DNA of 29,430 nucleotides from assembly GCA_963558115.1 (NCBI GenBank), contig CAUWFY010000001.1, positions 1 through 29,430 of the forward strand, given 5' to 3'. Source of the DNA: an uncultured Clostridia bacterium. Lineage in GTDB: Bacteria > Bacillota > Clostridia > TANB77 > CAG-508. This document shows, one piece after another, positions 9,935 through 18,673 of this stretch. The notes under the pieces were generated by a model. That model was not told the DNA's origin, did not search any database, and worked only from the letters and a program-made list of their open reading frames with translations. Made by a program: the position numbers and the translations under genes. Each line of letters starts with the position of its first letter. The stretch's first letter is position 1.

Positions 9935-9968
9935 AAAAAAAGAGGAGAGACCTAAAATAGATCTCTCC
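9935..9968 (-). terminator. Intrinsic terminator of the small Cys-rich gene
   Basis: Minus strand GGAGAGATCTA-TTT-TAGGTCTCTCC followed by TCTTTTTTT. Confidence 0.8.
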
Positions 9969-9975
9969 GAAAGGA

Positions 9976-10110
9976 TTACTTCAGCAAACGCTTTTTAGTC
10001 TTTTCACAAAAAGCACAAACATTTTTGACAGTTCCCTCAGGAGTCTTCTGCTGCTTTCCATTACATTTGCTAGGGTTTCCGAGAGGGCAAGTTGCTGTTG
10101 TTTTAAACAT
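9976..10110 (-). CDS. Small Cys-rich protein (44 aa; C-x7-C-x15-C-x2-C)
   Basis: Start refined to MFKTTATCPLG (AAAGGAG RBS 6 nt before ATG at 10110). Has its own promoter and terminator. Confidence 0.6.
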   Translation of the reverse strand: MFKTTATCPLGNPSKCNGKQQKTPEGTVKNVCAFCEKTKKRLLK

Positions 10111-10180
10111 AATGTCTCCTTTCGCCTTGCGTAAAGAACATAGCAAGGTCTTAAAAATATAAATTTTTAGATACAAATAT

Positions 10181-10209
10181 AGTATAACATATTTTACATA
10201 AAAAGTCAA
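10181..10209 (-). promoter_or_regulatory. sigmaA-type promoter (extended -10)
   Basis: TTGACT-17 bp-TATACT with TGn extension, minus strand. Confidence 0.7.
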
Positions 10210-10358
10210 AAATAACAAAAAACTATTTCAAATTTTATAAAAATATAGTATAATAAATAAATCAAAGAAATAAAGTAAAAATATAAAGACAGATAATATC
10301 AAATTTTGAAATTATTTACTATAATATATACTTCAAATGGAAGGAAAGATAACAAAAA

Positions 10359-13300
10359 ATGAATACAATAATAGGAGAATTAGGCAAATCAAAAAAATTT
10401 GTAGACCTAATAAAACAAATAGAAGAAAAAACAAGTCCGATAACAATATCGGGCTTAACCAGCGTGGGAATGTTAGAACTATTAGCGAGCATAAATGAAT
10501 ATTCAAAAAGACCAATAGCAATAGTAACATATAATGAAATACAAGCAAAACAAATAATAGAAAACCTAAAAGTATTTACAGATAAGGCAATATTCTTTCC
10601 AAAAAAAGAAATAGTAACATATGACTATGTAGCAGAAAGTAAAGAATTACCATATGAAAGAATAGAAACTCTAAATCAAATAAAAGACAAAAGAACACCA
10701 ATAGTAGTAACGACAATAGAAGCAATAATGCAAAAATTACCTAGCAAAGAAACAATCTTCAAAGATGTTCTAAAGTTTAAAGTAGGAGATGTATGCTCTT
10801 TAGAAGAAATAAAACACAAATTAATAAAATTGGGATATACCAGATGTGACCTAATAGAGGGAAGAGGACAATTCAGTATAAGAGGTGGAATCTTAGACAT
10901 TTCATTAAATGATAAAATAGGAGTAAGAATAGAATTTTGGGGAGATGAAATAGATTCTATAAGAAATTTTGCAATAATAAGCCAAAGGTCAATAAAGACT
11001 TTAGAAAAAGTAGAAATAACTCCAGCACATGAATATATTTTAGAGAAAAACATTGAAGAAGTTTGCAAGAAAATAAAGAATTTAGAAATGACTGAAAAAC
11101 AAGAAGAAATAATGCAAGAAGATATTGAGCAAATATTAGCTGGAAATTATATAAGTAAAATTGACAAATATTTTGATTGCTTTTATGAAAATACATCAAG
11201 TCTAATAGATTATTTTTCAGGTAAATATATAATAGCACTAGATGAAGAAAGAAAAATAGAGCAAAGAACAATAAATATAGAACATGATATAGAAAATTTA
11301 GAAAACGCATTAACAGAAAAAGAAAAATTTATTCCACAAGCTTTAAGCAATATAAATAACTACGAAGATATACAAAATCAAATAGAAAAGAAACATGGAA
11401 ATTTAATATACTTAGAAAAACAAGATTTTTCAACAGATAAAACATCAGAAAAATATAAATTTGAATACAGAGAAATAAATTACTATAAAAGTGAGATAGA
11501 AGGATTTTTTGAAGAAATAAAAAAAGCACTATTAGATAAAAAAAGTATATACATACTTGTTGAAAGCAAAGAAAAAGCTAAAAAGCTAAAAGAAACGTTA
11601 GAAAAAGAAGAAATAATTGCAAATATTGAAGAAAAACTAGATAAAACAATAGTAGTAAAATCTACAGAAAAAATAGTAACAATAGGAATAGGAAAATTAA
11701 GTTCAGGATTTGAAAATTTCGAAATAAATCAATTAGTAATTTCAGCAAATGAGTTAATTAGTGGAGAAAAAAGAAAGAAAAAAGTATCACATGAGGCATA
11801 TAAAGAAGGAGAAAAGGTAGTATTTGCAGACCTAAAAATAGGTGACTATGTAGTACATAGAACTTATGGAATAGGAATATACATAGGTGTAAATACGATA
11901 AAAGCAGATGGAACAACAAAAGACTATATAAAAGTAAAATATCAAAATGATGATATTTTATATGTTCCTACAAACCAAATGGACTCAATAAGAAAATATG
12001 TAGGTGGAGATGCAATACAACCTAAGATAAACAAGTTAGGAAGTAAAGATTGGGAAAACACAAAAACAAAAGTAAAAAAGAATTTGAGAGAAGTTGCAAA
12101 AGAACTAATAGAATTATATGCCAAAAGAGAAAAGGCACAAGGACATAGTTTTAGCAAAGATACACCATGGCAAAACGAATTTGAAGCAAAATTTCCATAT
12201 CAAGAAACAGATGACCAACTAAGATGCATAGAAGAAGTAAAAAAAGATATGGAAGATTCAAAACCTATGGATAGATTACTATGTGGAGATGTAGGTTATG
12301 GAAAAACAGAAGTAGCAATAAGAGCAGCATTTAAAGCAGTTATGGATCAAAAACAAGTTGCATATTTAGCACCTACAACAGTGTTAGCAGAGCAACAATA
12401 TCAAGAATTTAAAGAAAGAATGGAAGAATATCCAATAAAAGTAGAGATATTAAACAGGTTTAAAACACCTAAATATCAAAAAGAAGTAATAAAAAAATTA
12501 AAATTAGGAGAAGTTGATATTGTTATAGGGACACATAGATTATTAAGTAAAGATGTTGAGTTTAAAGATTTAGGACTATTAATAGTAGATGAAGAGCAAA
12601 GATTTGGAGTAAAAGATAAAGAAAAAATAAAACAATATAAAACCAATGTAGATGTTTTAACAATGACAGCAACACCAATTCCTAGAACTTTACATATGTC
12701 AATAGTTGGAGTAAGAGATATGTCAGTTATATACGAACCACCTCAAAACAGAAGACCTGTTCAAACATATGTATTAGAATATGACTCAGAAGTAATAAAA
12801 GAAGCAATAACAAAAGAATTGGAAAGAGATGGTCAAGTATTTTATATATTTAATAATGTTGAAAACATACAAAAAAAAGCAGATGATATATCAAGATTAG
12901 TACCAGAAGCAACAGTATCATTTGCTCATGGAAGAATGTCAGGAAAAGAAATAGAAGAAATAATGGAAGATTTTGTTGAGAAAAAATCAAATGTATTAGT
13001 ATGTACAACAATATTAGAATCAGGAATTGATATACCAAATGCAAATACAATAATAGTAGAAAATGCAGACAGAATGGGATTAGCTCAACTATACCAAATA
13101 AGAGGAAGAGTAGGAAGAGCAGACAGGCAAGCATATGCATATATAACATATAAAAGAGATAAAATGTTATCAGAAGTTGCAGATAAAAGGTTAAAAGCAA
13201 TAAAAGAATTTACAGAATTCGGTTCAGGATTTAAAATAGCAATGAGAGACCTAGAAATAAGAGGTGCAGGAAGCTTGCTAGGAGAAATACAATCTGGACA

Positions 13301-13850
13301 CTTAGAACAAGTAGGATATGATACATATTGTAACTTATTAGATGAAGTAGTAAAAGAAATGCAAGGTATAGAAGTAAAACCAGAAGTAGATATACAAATA
13401 GACTTAAATGTAACAAGCTATATACCAGAAGAATATATACAAGATTCAAATCAAAAAATAGAAATATATCAAGATATTGCATTATGCAAAAATGAAGAAG
13501 ATATACAAAATGTAACAGATGAGATAATAGATAGATTTGGAGATATGCCAGGAGAATTAGAAAATTTGATTGATATTGCAAGAATTAAATATTTAGCAAA
13601 AGCACTAAAAATATCAAAAATTGCAAGCAAAAAAACAACAGTATTAATAACATTTGCAGAAAATCAGTTTTCTTATGATATACCAAAACTTGTAAAGGAA
13701 TACGGAAATAGGTTGAAATTTTCAGCAGGAATTAAACCAATGATTACCTTAGAAATTGGTACAAATAATGAAATGAAGATATTAAATGATGTAACAGAAT
13801 TTTTAAAAACACTTGATAAAATGGAAATAAATCAAAAAATAAAAGGATAA
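10359..13850 (+). CDS. mfd: Transcription-repair coupling factor
   Basis: UvrB-like N-terminus, CarD/RID region (DLKIGDYVVH), CGDVGYGKT, DEEQRFGV, TATPIPRTL, QIRGRVGR, RDLEIRGAG, C-terminal TRCF domain. Confidence 0.97.
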   Translation: MNTIIGELGKSKKFVDLIKQIEEKTSPITISGLTSVGMLELLASINEYSKRPIAIVTYNEIQAKQIIENLKVFTDKAIFFPKKEIVTYDYVAESKELPYERIETLNQIKDKRTPIVVTTIEAIMQKLPSKETIFKDVLKFKVGDVCSLEEIKHKLIKLGYTRCDLIEGRGQFSIRGGILDISLNDKIGVRIEFWGDEIDSIRNFAIISQRSIKTLEKVEITPAHEYILEKNIEEVCKKIKNLEMTEKQEEIMQEDIEQILAGNYISKIDKYFDCFYENTSSLIDYFSGKYIIALDEERKIEQRTINIEHDIENLENALTEKEKFIPQALSNINNYEDIQNQIEKKHGNLIYLEKQDFSTDKTSEKYKFEYREINYYKSEIEGFFEEIKKALLDKKSIYILVESKEKAKKLKETLEKEEIIANIEEKLDKTIVVKSTEKIVTIGIGKLSSGFENFEINQLVISANELISGEKRKKKVSHEAYKEGEKVVFADLKIGDYVVHRTYGIGIYIGVNTIKADGTTKDYIKVKYQNDDILYVPTNQMDSIRKYVGGDAIQPKINKLGSKDWENTKTKVKKNLREVAKELIELYAKREKAQGHSFSKDTPWQNEFEAKFPYQETDDQLRCIEEVKKDMEDSKPMDRLLCGDVGYGKTEVAIRAAFKAVMDQKQVAYLAPTTVLAEQQYQEFKERMEEYPIKVEILNRFKTPKYQKEVIKKLKLGEVDIVIGTHRLLSKDVEFKDLGLLIVDEEQRFGVKDKEKIKQYKTNVDVLTMTATPIPRTLHMSIVGVRDMSVIYEPPQNRRPVQTYVLEYDSEVIKEAITKELERDGQVFYIFNNVENIQKKADDISRLVPEATVSFAHGRMSGKEIEEIMEDFVEKKSNVLVCTTILESGIDIPNANTIIVENADRMGLAQLYQIRGRVGRADRQAYAYITYKRDKMLSEVADKRLKAIKEFTEFGSGFKIAMRDLEIRGAGSLLGEIQSGHLEQVGYDTYCNLLDEVVKEMQGIEVKPEVDIQIDLNVTSYIPEEYIQDSNQKIEIYQDIALCKNEEDIQNVTDEIIDRFGDMPGELENLIDIARIKYLAKALKISKIASKKTTVLITFAENQFSYDIPKLVKEYGNRLKFSAGIKPMITLEIGTNNEMKILNDVTEFLKTLDKMEINQKIKG

Positions 13851-13888
13851 CTTAATAATAAAATAAAGATAGGAAGAAGGAATTTTAT

Positions 13889-15007
13889 ATGGAAAAATCA
13901 AAAGTTTATTTCACAGATTTTAGAGCGAGACCAGGATATAATTTACTACAAAAATTAGAAAAGTTAGTAAAAAAAGCAGGAATTGAAAATATCAATTTTG
14001 AAAATAAATATGTAGCAATAAAATTACATTTTGGAGAACCAGGTAATCTAGCGTATTTAAGACCTAACTATGCAAAGGTTATCGCAGATTTAGTAAAAAA
14101 ATTAGGAGGAAAACCTTTCTTAACAGACTGTAATACTTTATATGTAGGAGGAAGAAAAAATGCTTTGGACCATTTAGAGTCTGCATATCTAAATGGATTT
14201 ACTCCATTTTCAACTGGATGTCATATAATTATTGCAGATGGATTAAAAGGAACAGATGAAACAAATGTAGATATTAATCAAGAATATGTAAAAACAGCAA
14301 AGATTGGAAGAGCAATTATGGATGCAGATGTTTTCATATCTTTAAATCATTTTAAAGGTCATGAAGGAACAGGCTTTGGAGGAGCAATCAAAAATATTGG
14401 AATGGGATGTGGCTCAAGAGCTGGAAAAATGGAAATGCATAGTAGTGGAAAACCAGAAGTTATTTTAGAGAAATGTAAAAAATGTAAGCAATGCATAAAA
14501 ATATGTGCACATGGTGCTATTTCATATAATGAAGAAGGAAAAGCTATAATAGACCATACAAAATGTGTTGGTTGTGGTAGATGTATTGGAATATGTAATT
14601 TTGATGCAATAAAATCTCCAAATGATGAATCAGCTGATATTTTAAATAAAAAAATGGCAGAATATGCATTAGCAGTTGTAAAAGAAAAACCACAATTTCA
14701 TATTAGTTTAATTTGTGATGTTTCACCAAACTGTGATTGTCATGCAGAGAATGATGCTCCAATTGTTCCAAACATCGGAATGTTAGCATCATTTGACCCA
14801 GTAGCATTAGATAAAGCATGTGCAGATTTAGTTAATAAACAAGAAATATTCCAAAATAGTGCATTAGGTGAAAATATCGAGAAAAAAGTACAAGGCCATG
14901 ACCATTTTCATATTAATCATCCAGAAACTAATTGGGAAAGCCAAATTGAGCATGGGGAGAAAATAGGACTTGGGAATTCAAATTATGAATTAATAGAAAT
15001 AAAATAA
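13889..15007 (+). CDS. DUF362-family protein with a 2x[4Fe-4S] ferredoxin insert
   Basis: AIKLHFGEPGN, FLTDCNTLY, HFKGH, GGAIKNIGMG; CxxCxxCxxxC motifs CKKCKQCIKIC and CVGCGRCIGIC. Confidence 0.85.
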   Translation: MEKSKVYFTDFRARPGYNLLQKLEKLVKKAGIENINFENKYVAIKLHFGEPGNLAYLRPNYAKVIADLVKKLGGKPFLTDCNTLYVGGRKNALDHLESAYLNGFTPFSTGCHIIIADGLKGTDETNVDINQEYVKTAKIGRAIMDADVFISLNHFKGHEGTGFGGAIKNIGMGCGSRAGKMEMHSSGKPEVILEKCKKCKQCIKICAHGAISYNEEGKAIIDHTKCVGCGRCIGICNFDAIKSPNDESADILNKKMAEYALAVVKEKPQFHISLICDVSPNCDCHAENDAPIVPNIGMLASFDPVALDKACADLVNKQEIFQNSALGENIEKKVQGHDHFHINHPETNWESQIEHGEKIGLGNSNYELIEIK

Positions 15008-15009
15008 TA

Positions 15010-15057
15010 AAAAAATGAAATTATCCAAAAAAAATATTGTTGATAATTTCATTTTTT
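15010..15057. terminator. Bidirectional terminator overlapping the XRE stop codon
   Basis: 16-bp inverted repeat AAAAAATGAAATTATC / GATAATTTCATTTTTT. Confidence 0.75.
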
Positions 15058-15273
15058 ATTAATTTTGGGATAAGGCTTAGTTTCATTAGTAAGACCAAGT
15101 ATATAATCAACACTTGTATTAAAGAAAGAAGCTAACACTTTCAAAGAGTTAATAGGGATATTGACTTTGCCTAACTCATATTTACTATAATTAGTTTGAG
15201 AAATATTTAATAAATTGGCAATGTCTTCTTGTTTTAAATCTTTATCTTCACGTAAATCCTTTAATCTTAACAC
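15049..15273 (-). CDS. XRE-family helix-turn-helix regulator (74 aa)
   Basis: Start refined to GTG at 15273 (GAGGTG RBS). LKDLREDKDLKQEDIANLLNISQTNYSKYELG...LASFFNTSVDYILG is a typical HTH_3 pattern. Confidence 0.9.
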   Translation of the reverse strand: MLRLKDLREDKDLKQEDIANLLNISQTNYSKYELGKVNIPINSLKVLASFFNTSVDYILGLTNETKPYPKINKK

Positions 15274-15298
15274 AAATATCACCTCGACCATATTTTAT

Positions 15299-15344
15299 AA
15301 TAGTTACTAAATGACTATTGACAAATAGTTATATTTTAACTAAA
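15299..15344. promoter_or_regulatory. Two palindromic operators in the XRE/pilin divergent region
   Basis: TAGTTA-CTAAA-TGACTA (15301-15317) and TAGTTA-TATTT-TAACTA (15326-15342), both preceded by AA. Confidence 0.65.
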
Positions 15345-15346
15345 AT
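15318..15346 (+). promoter_or_regulatory. sigmaA promoter of the pilin-LRR gene
   Basis: TTGACA-17 bp-TAAAAT, then AAAGGAGG RBS and ATG 15378. Confidence 0.75.
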
Positions 15347-15377
15347 AAGATGAGAAAATAAAAAAGGAGGGATACAA

Positions 15378-16829
15378 ATGACAAGAGAAAAAGGAATAAC
15401 TTTGATAGCACTAGTAATAACAATCGTAGTCTTATTAATATTAGCAGGAGTAAGTATAGCAATGCTAACAGGAGATAATGGAATAATAACTCAAGCGCAA
15501 AATGCAAAAGAAAGCACAGATAGTGCAGAAGAAAAAGAAGGTGTTGAACTAGCAGTAACAGCAGCTACAATAAAAGATAATGTGTATGGGAAAATAAATC
15601 AGAATAATCTACAAAATGAAATTGATAATCAGTTTGGAGCAGGAAAAGCAATCGCTAGAAATAATGGAGATGGAACTTTTACAGTTAGTTTTGCTGATAG
15701 TAAAAGGGATTACAATATTAATTCTAAGGGAGTAGAAACAGGAATAGATTGGAATACGGCAATGCAAAATGTAAAAGCTCCTGAAAGTCAAGATGAAGAA
15801 AGAAATAATGGTGTAATAGGAATTGGAACAGATGGAAAAGCAGTAGATATGGATTTATGGAAATATAATTTATTAGAAGATGATACATATTGCCTAGGAA
15901 AAATAGATGGATGGGAAACAGGTTATATAGGAGAATTTAATGAAGATGGAAGTATAATAGGAGAAGTACCACAATATATATCAATAGATGGCAAAAGTTT
16001 TAAACCTGTAACAACTATGGCTGCAACTTTTAGAAATTGTACTTCATTGAAGATTCAACCTAAAATACCAACTACAGTAACTAATTTAAGATATACTTTT
16101 TGGAATTGTGATAATTTAGTAAAATTAAATGAAATTCATAATGGAGTTATAACAATGGAAGGAATATATATGGATTGTGCTGCTATATCAGAAATTCCTA
16201 AATTACCTAATAGTGTTAAAATACTTACAAGTACTTTTAGTCAAACGAATATAAGTGTAGCACCTGAGATTCCAGATGGTGTTGAAATAATGATCAATAC
16301 TTTTGGAAATTGTGTGAATTTATTAGAAACACCATATATTCCAAATTCTGTAACAAATTTTAGTGCTACTTTTACGGGGTGCACAAATTTAAAAAAAGTA
16401 AAAAATATACCACAAAAAACTACAACATTATCTCACACTTTTTTTAAGTGTACTAGTTTAATATCAATACCAAACGAAATTCCAAATACTGTTAAGGATA
16501 TGCCATCAGCATTTCAGTTTACAGGATTAGAAATTGCACCAGATATACCAGATAGTGTAACAAATATGAGTAGTACATTTAGAGAGTGTAAAAATTTGAA
16601 AAAAGTAAATAAAATATCTGATAATGTAGAAGATATGCAATTTACTTTTTACAATTGTAATATATTGGAAGGAAATTTAGAAATTAATGCTAATCCTACT
16701 AATTATTTAGCTTGTTTCAATGGATGTTCAATAAATAGCACTAATAATTTAATATTAAAAGGAAATTCTAAGGTATTAACTGAATTATTAAATACAAAAT
16801 CAAGTAATTCTAAAATTATAATTGAATAA
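15378..16829 (+). CDS. Type IV pilin-like protein (class III signal peptide) with C-terminal BspA/TpLRR-type leucine-rich repeats
   Basis: MTREKG|ITLIALVITIVVLLILAGVSI prepilin-like N-terminus, followed by about ten ~22-23 aa repeats (TFxxCxxLxxxPxIPxxVxxM) from ~16026 to ~16730. Confidence 0.85.
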   Translation: MTREKGITLIALVITIVVLLILAGVSIAMLTGDNGIITQAQNAKESTDSAEEKEGVELAVTAATIKDNVYGKINQNNLQNEIDNQFGAGKAIARNNGDGTFTVSFADSKRDYNINSKGVETGIDWNTAMQNVKAPESQDEERNNGVIGIGTDGKAVDMDLWKYNLLEDDTYCLGKIDGWETGYIGEFNEDGSIIGEVPQYISIDGKSFKPVTTMAATFRNCTSLKIQPKIPTTVTNLRYTFWNCDNLVKLNEIHNGVITMEGIYMDCAAISEIPKLPNSVKILTSTFSQTNISVAPEIPDGVEIMINTFGNCVNLLETPYIPNSVTNFSATFTGCTNLKKVKNIPQKTTTLSHTFFKCTSLISIPNEIPNTVKDMPSAFQFTGLEIAPDIPDSVTNMSSTFRECKNLKKVNKISDNVEDMQFTFYNCNILEGNLEINANPTNYLACFNGCSINSTNNLILKGNSKVLTELLNTKSSNSKIIIE

Positions 16830-16972
16830 AATATAATTGAAAAATAATAGCAATGATAACTTTAGATGAAATTTATGTAGTTGTATATACAATAAAAAAT
16901 GATATAGTATTTTAATTTAGTTTATATCTATTATATGTATAATAAGAAAAATATAGTAAATCGAAAAGAGAT

Positions 16973-17005
16973 AAAATATGTAGGAAAATACCTGCATATT
17001 TTTTT
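16973..17005 (+). terminator. Intrinsic terminator downstream of the pilin gene
   Basis: AAAATATGTAGG-AAAATA-CCTGCATATTTT followed by a T run. Confidence 0.65.
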
Positions 17006-17135
17006 GAATAAAAACAGGTATCTCCAGAATCTTATGTTAGTGGATAATGTTTTTTAAATTATCACCTATTTCCAGATCCTCTACAATAAATAATATTATT
17101 TAATAATAAGTTAAGGTTAAAACAGAAATAAAATG

Positions 17136-17164
17136 TTGAAATATGTAAACAAAAATGCTACAAT
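17136..17164 (+). promoter_or_regulatory. sigmaA-type promoter (extended -10)
   Basis: TTGAAA-17 bp-TACAAT with TGn extension, upstream of the methyltransferase pair. Confidence 0.5.
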
Positions 17165-17281
17165 AGATAAAACATATAGATTTAATGTAAGGTTAGATGT
17201 TTAATAAATAAAAAATAATAATTATGATATATATAAATAGAACAAGGAAAAGTGTGTATAATAATAAAAAAGGAGAAAAAG

Positions 17282-18076
17282 ATGCAAGTAATTTCAAGTA
17301 AAGAAAATGAAATAATAAAAAATATAAAAAAACTAAAAGAGAAAAAATACAGAGATTTAAACAATGAATATATAATAGAAGGAATAAAAATAATCCAAGA
17401 AGCAATACAAGAAAATGCAAAAATAAAACAAATAATTATATGTGATGATTGTGAAAAAAATTCATATATCCCACAAGAACTGATGTATGAAATTGCAAAA
17501 TATGAATGTATATATGTAACAAATAAAATATTTACAAGTTTAACAGATGTGAAAAATCCACAAGGAATAATGGCGATAGTAGAAAAAAACAATTCAAAAG
17601 AAGAGGAAATTGATTATAATCAAGATATTATAGTAGCCTTAGATGACATTCAAGACCCGGGAAATCTAGGAACTATATTAAGAACAGTAGATAGTATAGG
17701 AATTAATCAAATATTAGTATCAAAAGGAACAGCTGATAGCTATAATCCAAAAGTAGTTCGTTCAACAATGGGAGCTATATTTAGAGTAAAAATAATAGAA
17801 TGTGAAGATTTAGAAAAAACACTAAAAGAAATAAAAAAACATAAATTTGAAATTTTAGTAACATCATTACAAACTGAAAATAGTATATATGACATTAAAT
17901 ACAATAAAAAGGTAATAGTAATAGGAAATGAAGCTAATGGAGTAGAAGAAAAAATACAAAATATGTCTGACATAAAAGCGAAAATACCAATGCTAGGAAA
18001 AACAGAAAGTTTAAATGCATCAGTAGCAACAGGAATAATATTATATGAATATGTTAGGCAAAAAATAAAGCATTAA
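17282..18076 (+). CDS. TrmH/SpoU-family RNA 2'-O-methyltransferase
   Basis: Start refined to MQVISSKEN (AAGGAG RBS). SPOUT motifs IQDPGNLGTILRT, VIGNEANGV, IPMLGKTESLNASVA. Confidence 0.92.
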   Translation: MQVISSKENEIIKNIKKLKEKKYRDLNNEYIIEGIKIIQEAIQENAKIKQIIICDDCEKNSYIPQELMYEIAKYECIYVTNKIFTSLTDVKNPQGIMAIVEKNNSKEEEIDYNQDIIVALDDIQDPGNLGTILRTVDSIGINQILVSKGTADSYNPKVVRSTMGAIFRVKIIECEDLEKTLKEIKKHKFEILVTSLQTENSIYDIKYNKKVIVIGNEANGVEEKIQNMSDIKAKIPMLGKTESLNASVATGIILYEYVRQKIKH

Positions 18077-18094
18077 TTGAAAGGAAATATAAAA

Positions 18095-18595
18095 ATGAAA
18101 ATAAATATTGTAATGGTAGAACCAGAAATACCACAAAATACAGGGAATATTGCAAGAACGTGTGCAATAACAGGAGCTAAATTGCACTTAGTTCATCCAC
18201 TAGGTTTTAAAATAGATGACAAGTCAATAAAAAGGGCTGGATTAGATTATTGGGACAAACTAGAAATAGAAGAACATAATTCATTAGAAGAATTTTTAAA
18301 TAAATATAAACCAGAAGAATATAATATGTTTTTTGCAACAACAAAAGGAAAAACAAAATATACAGATATAGATTACTCAAAAATGGAAGAAGTATTTGTA
18401 CTATATGGAAAAGAAACAAAAGGCTTACCAGAAGATTTATTAGAAAAATATTTAGATAAAAAAACAATAAGAATACCAATGCTTCCAACATTAAGGTCAT
18501 TAAATTTATCTAATTCAGTTGCTATAATTACATATGAAATATTAAGACAAAAGAATTTTGAAGACTTGCAAGAAATAAGCAATTATTTTGATTAA
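18095..18595 (+). CDS. trmL: tRNA (cytidine/uridine34-2'-O)-methyltransferase
   Basis: IVMVEPEIPQNTGNIARTC, RAGLDYW, YGKETKGLP, RSLNLSNSVAI. Start refined to ATG 18095. Confidence 0.93.
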   Translation: MKINIVMVEPEIPQNTGNIARTCAITGAKLHLVHPLGFKIDDKSIKRAGLDYWDKLEIEEHNSLEEFLNKYKPEEYNMFFATTKGKTKYTDIDYSKMEEVFVLYGKETKGLPEDLLEKYLDKKTIRIPMLPTLRSLNLSNSVAIITYEILRQKNFEDLQEISNYFD

Positions 18596-18600
18596 AAGCA

Positions 18601-18629
18601 TTGAAAAAACTCATATAAAAATATATAAT
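18601..18629 (+). promoter_or_regulatory. sigmaA-type promoter
   Basis: TTGAAA-17 bp-TATAAT upstream of the S1 gene. Confidence 0.6.
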
Positions 18630-18673
18630 AACAAAAAGCAAAAGAAAACAATGCAAATACAAAGGAGAAAATA

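Noticed and set aside
17006-17095. Minus-strand fragment reading IVEDLEIGDNLKNII as a pseudogene or Hint-domain remnant
   Set aside because: Too short, with no start or RBS and no extendable frame; indistinguishable from chance.
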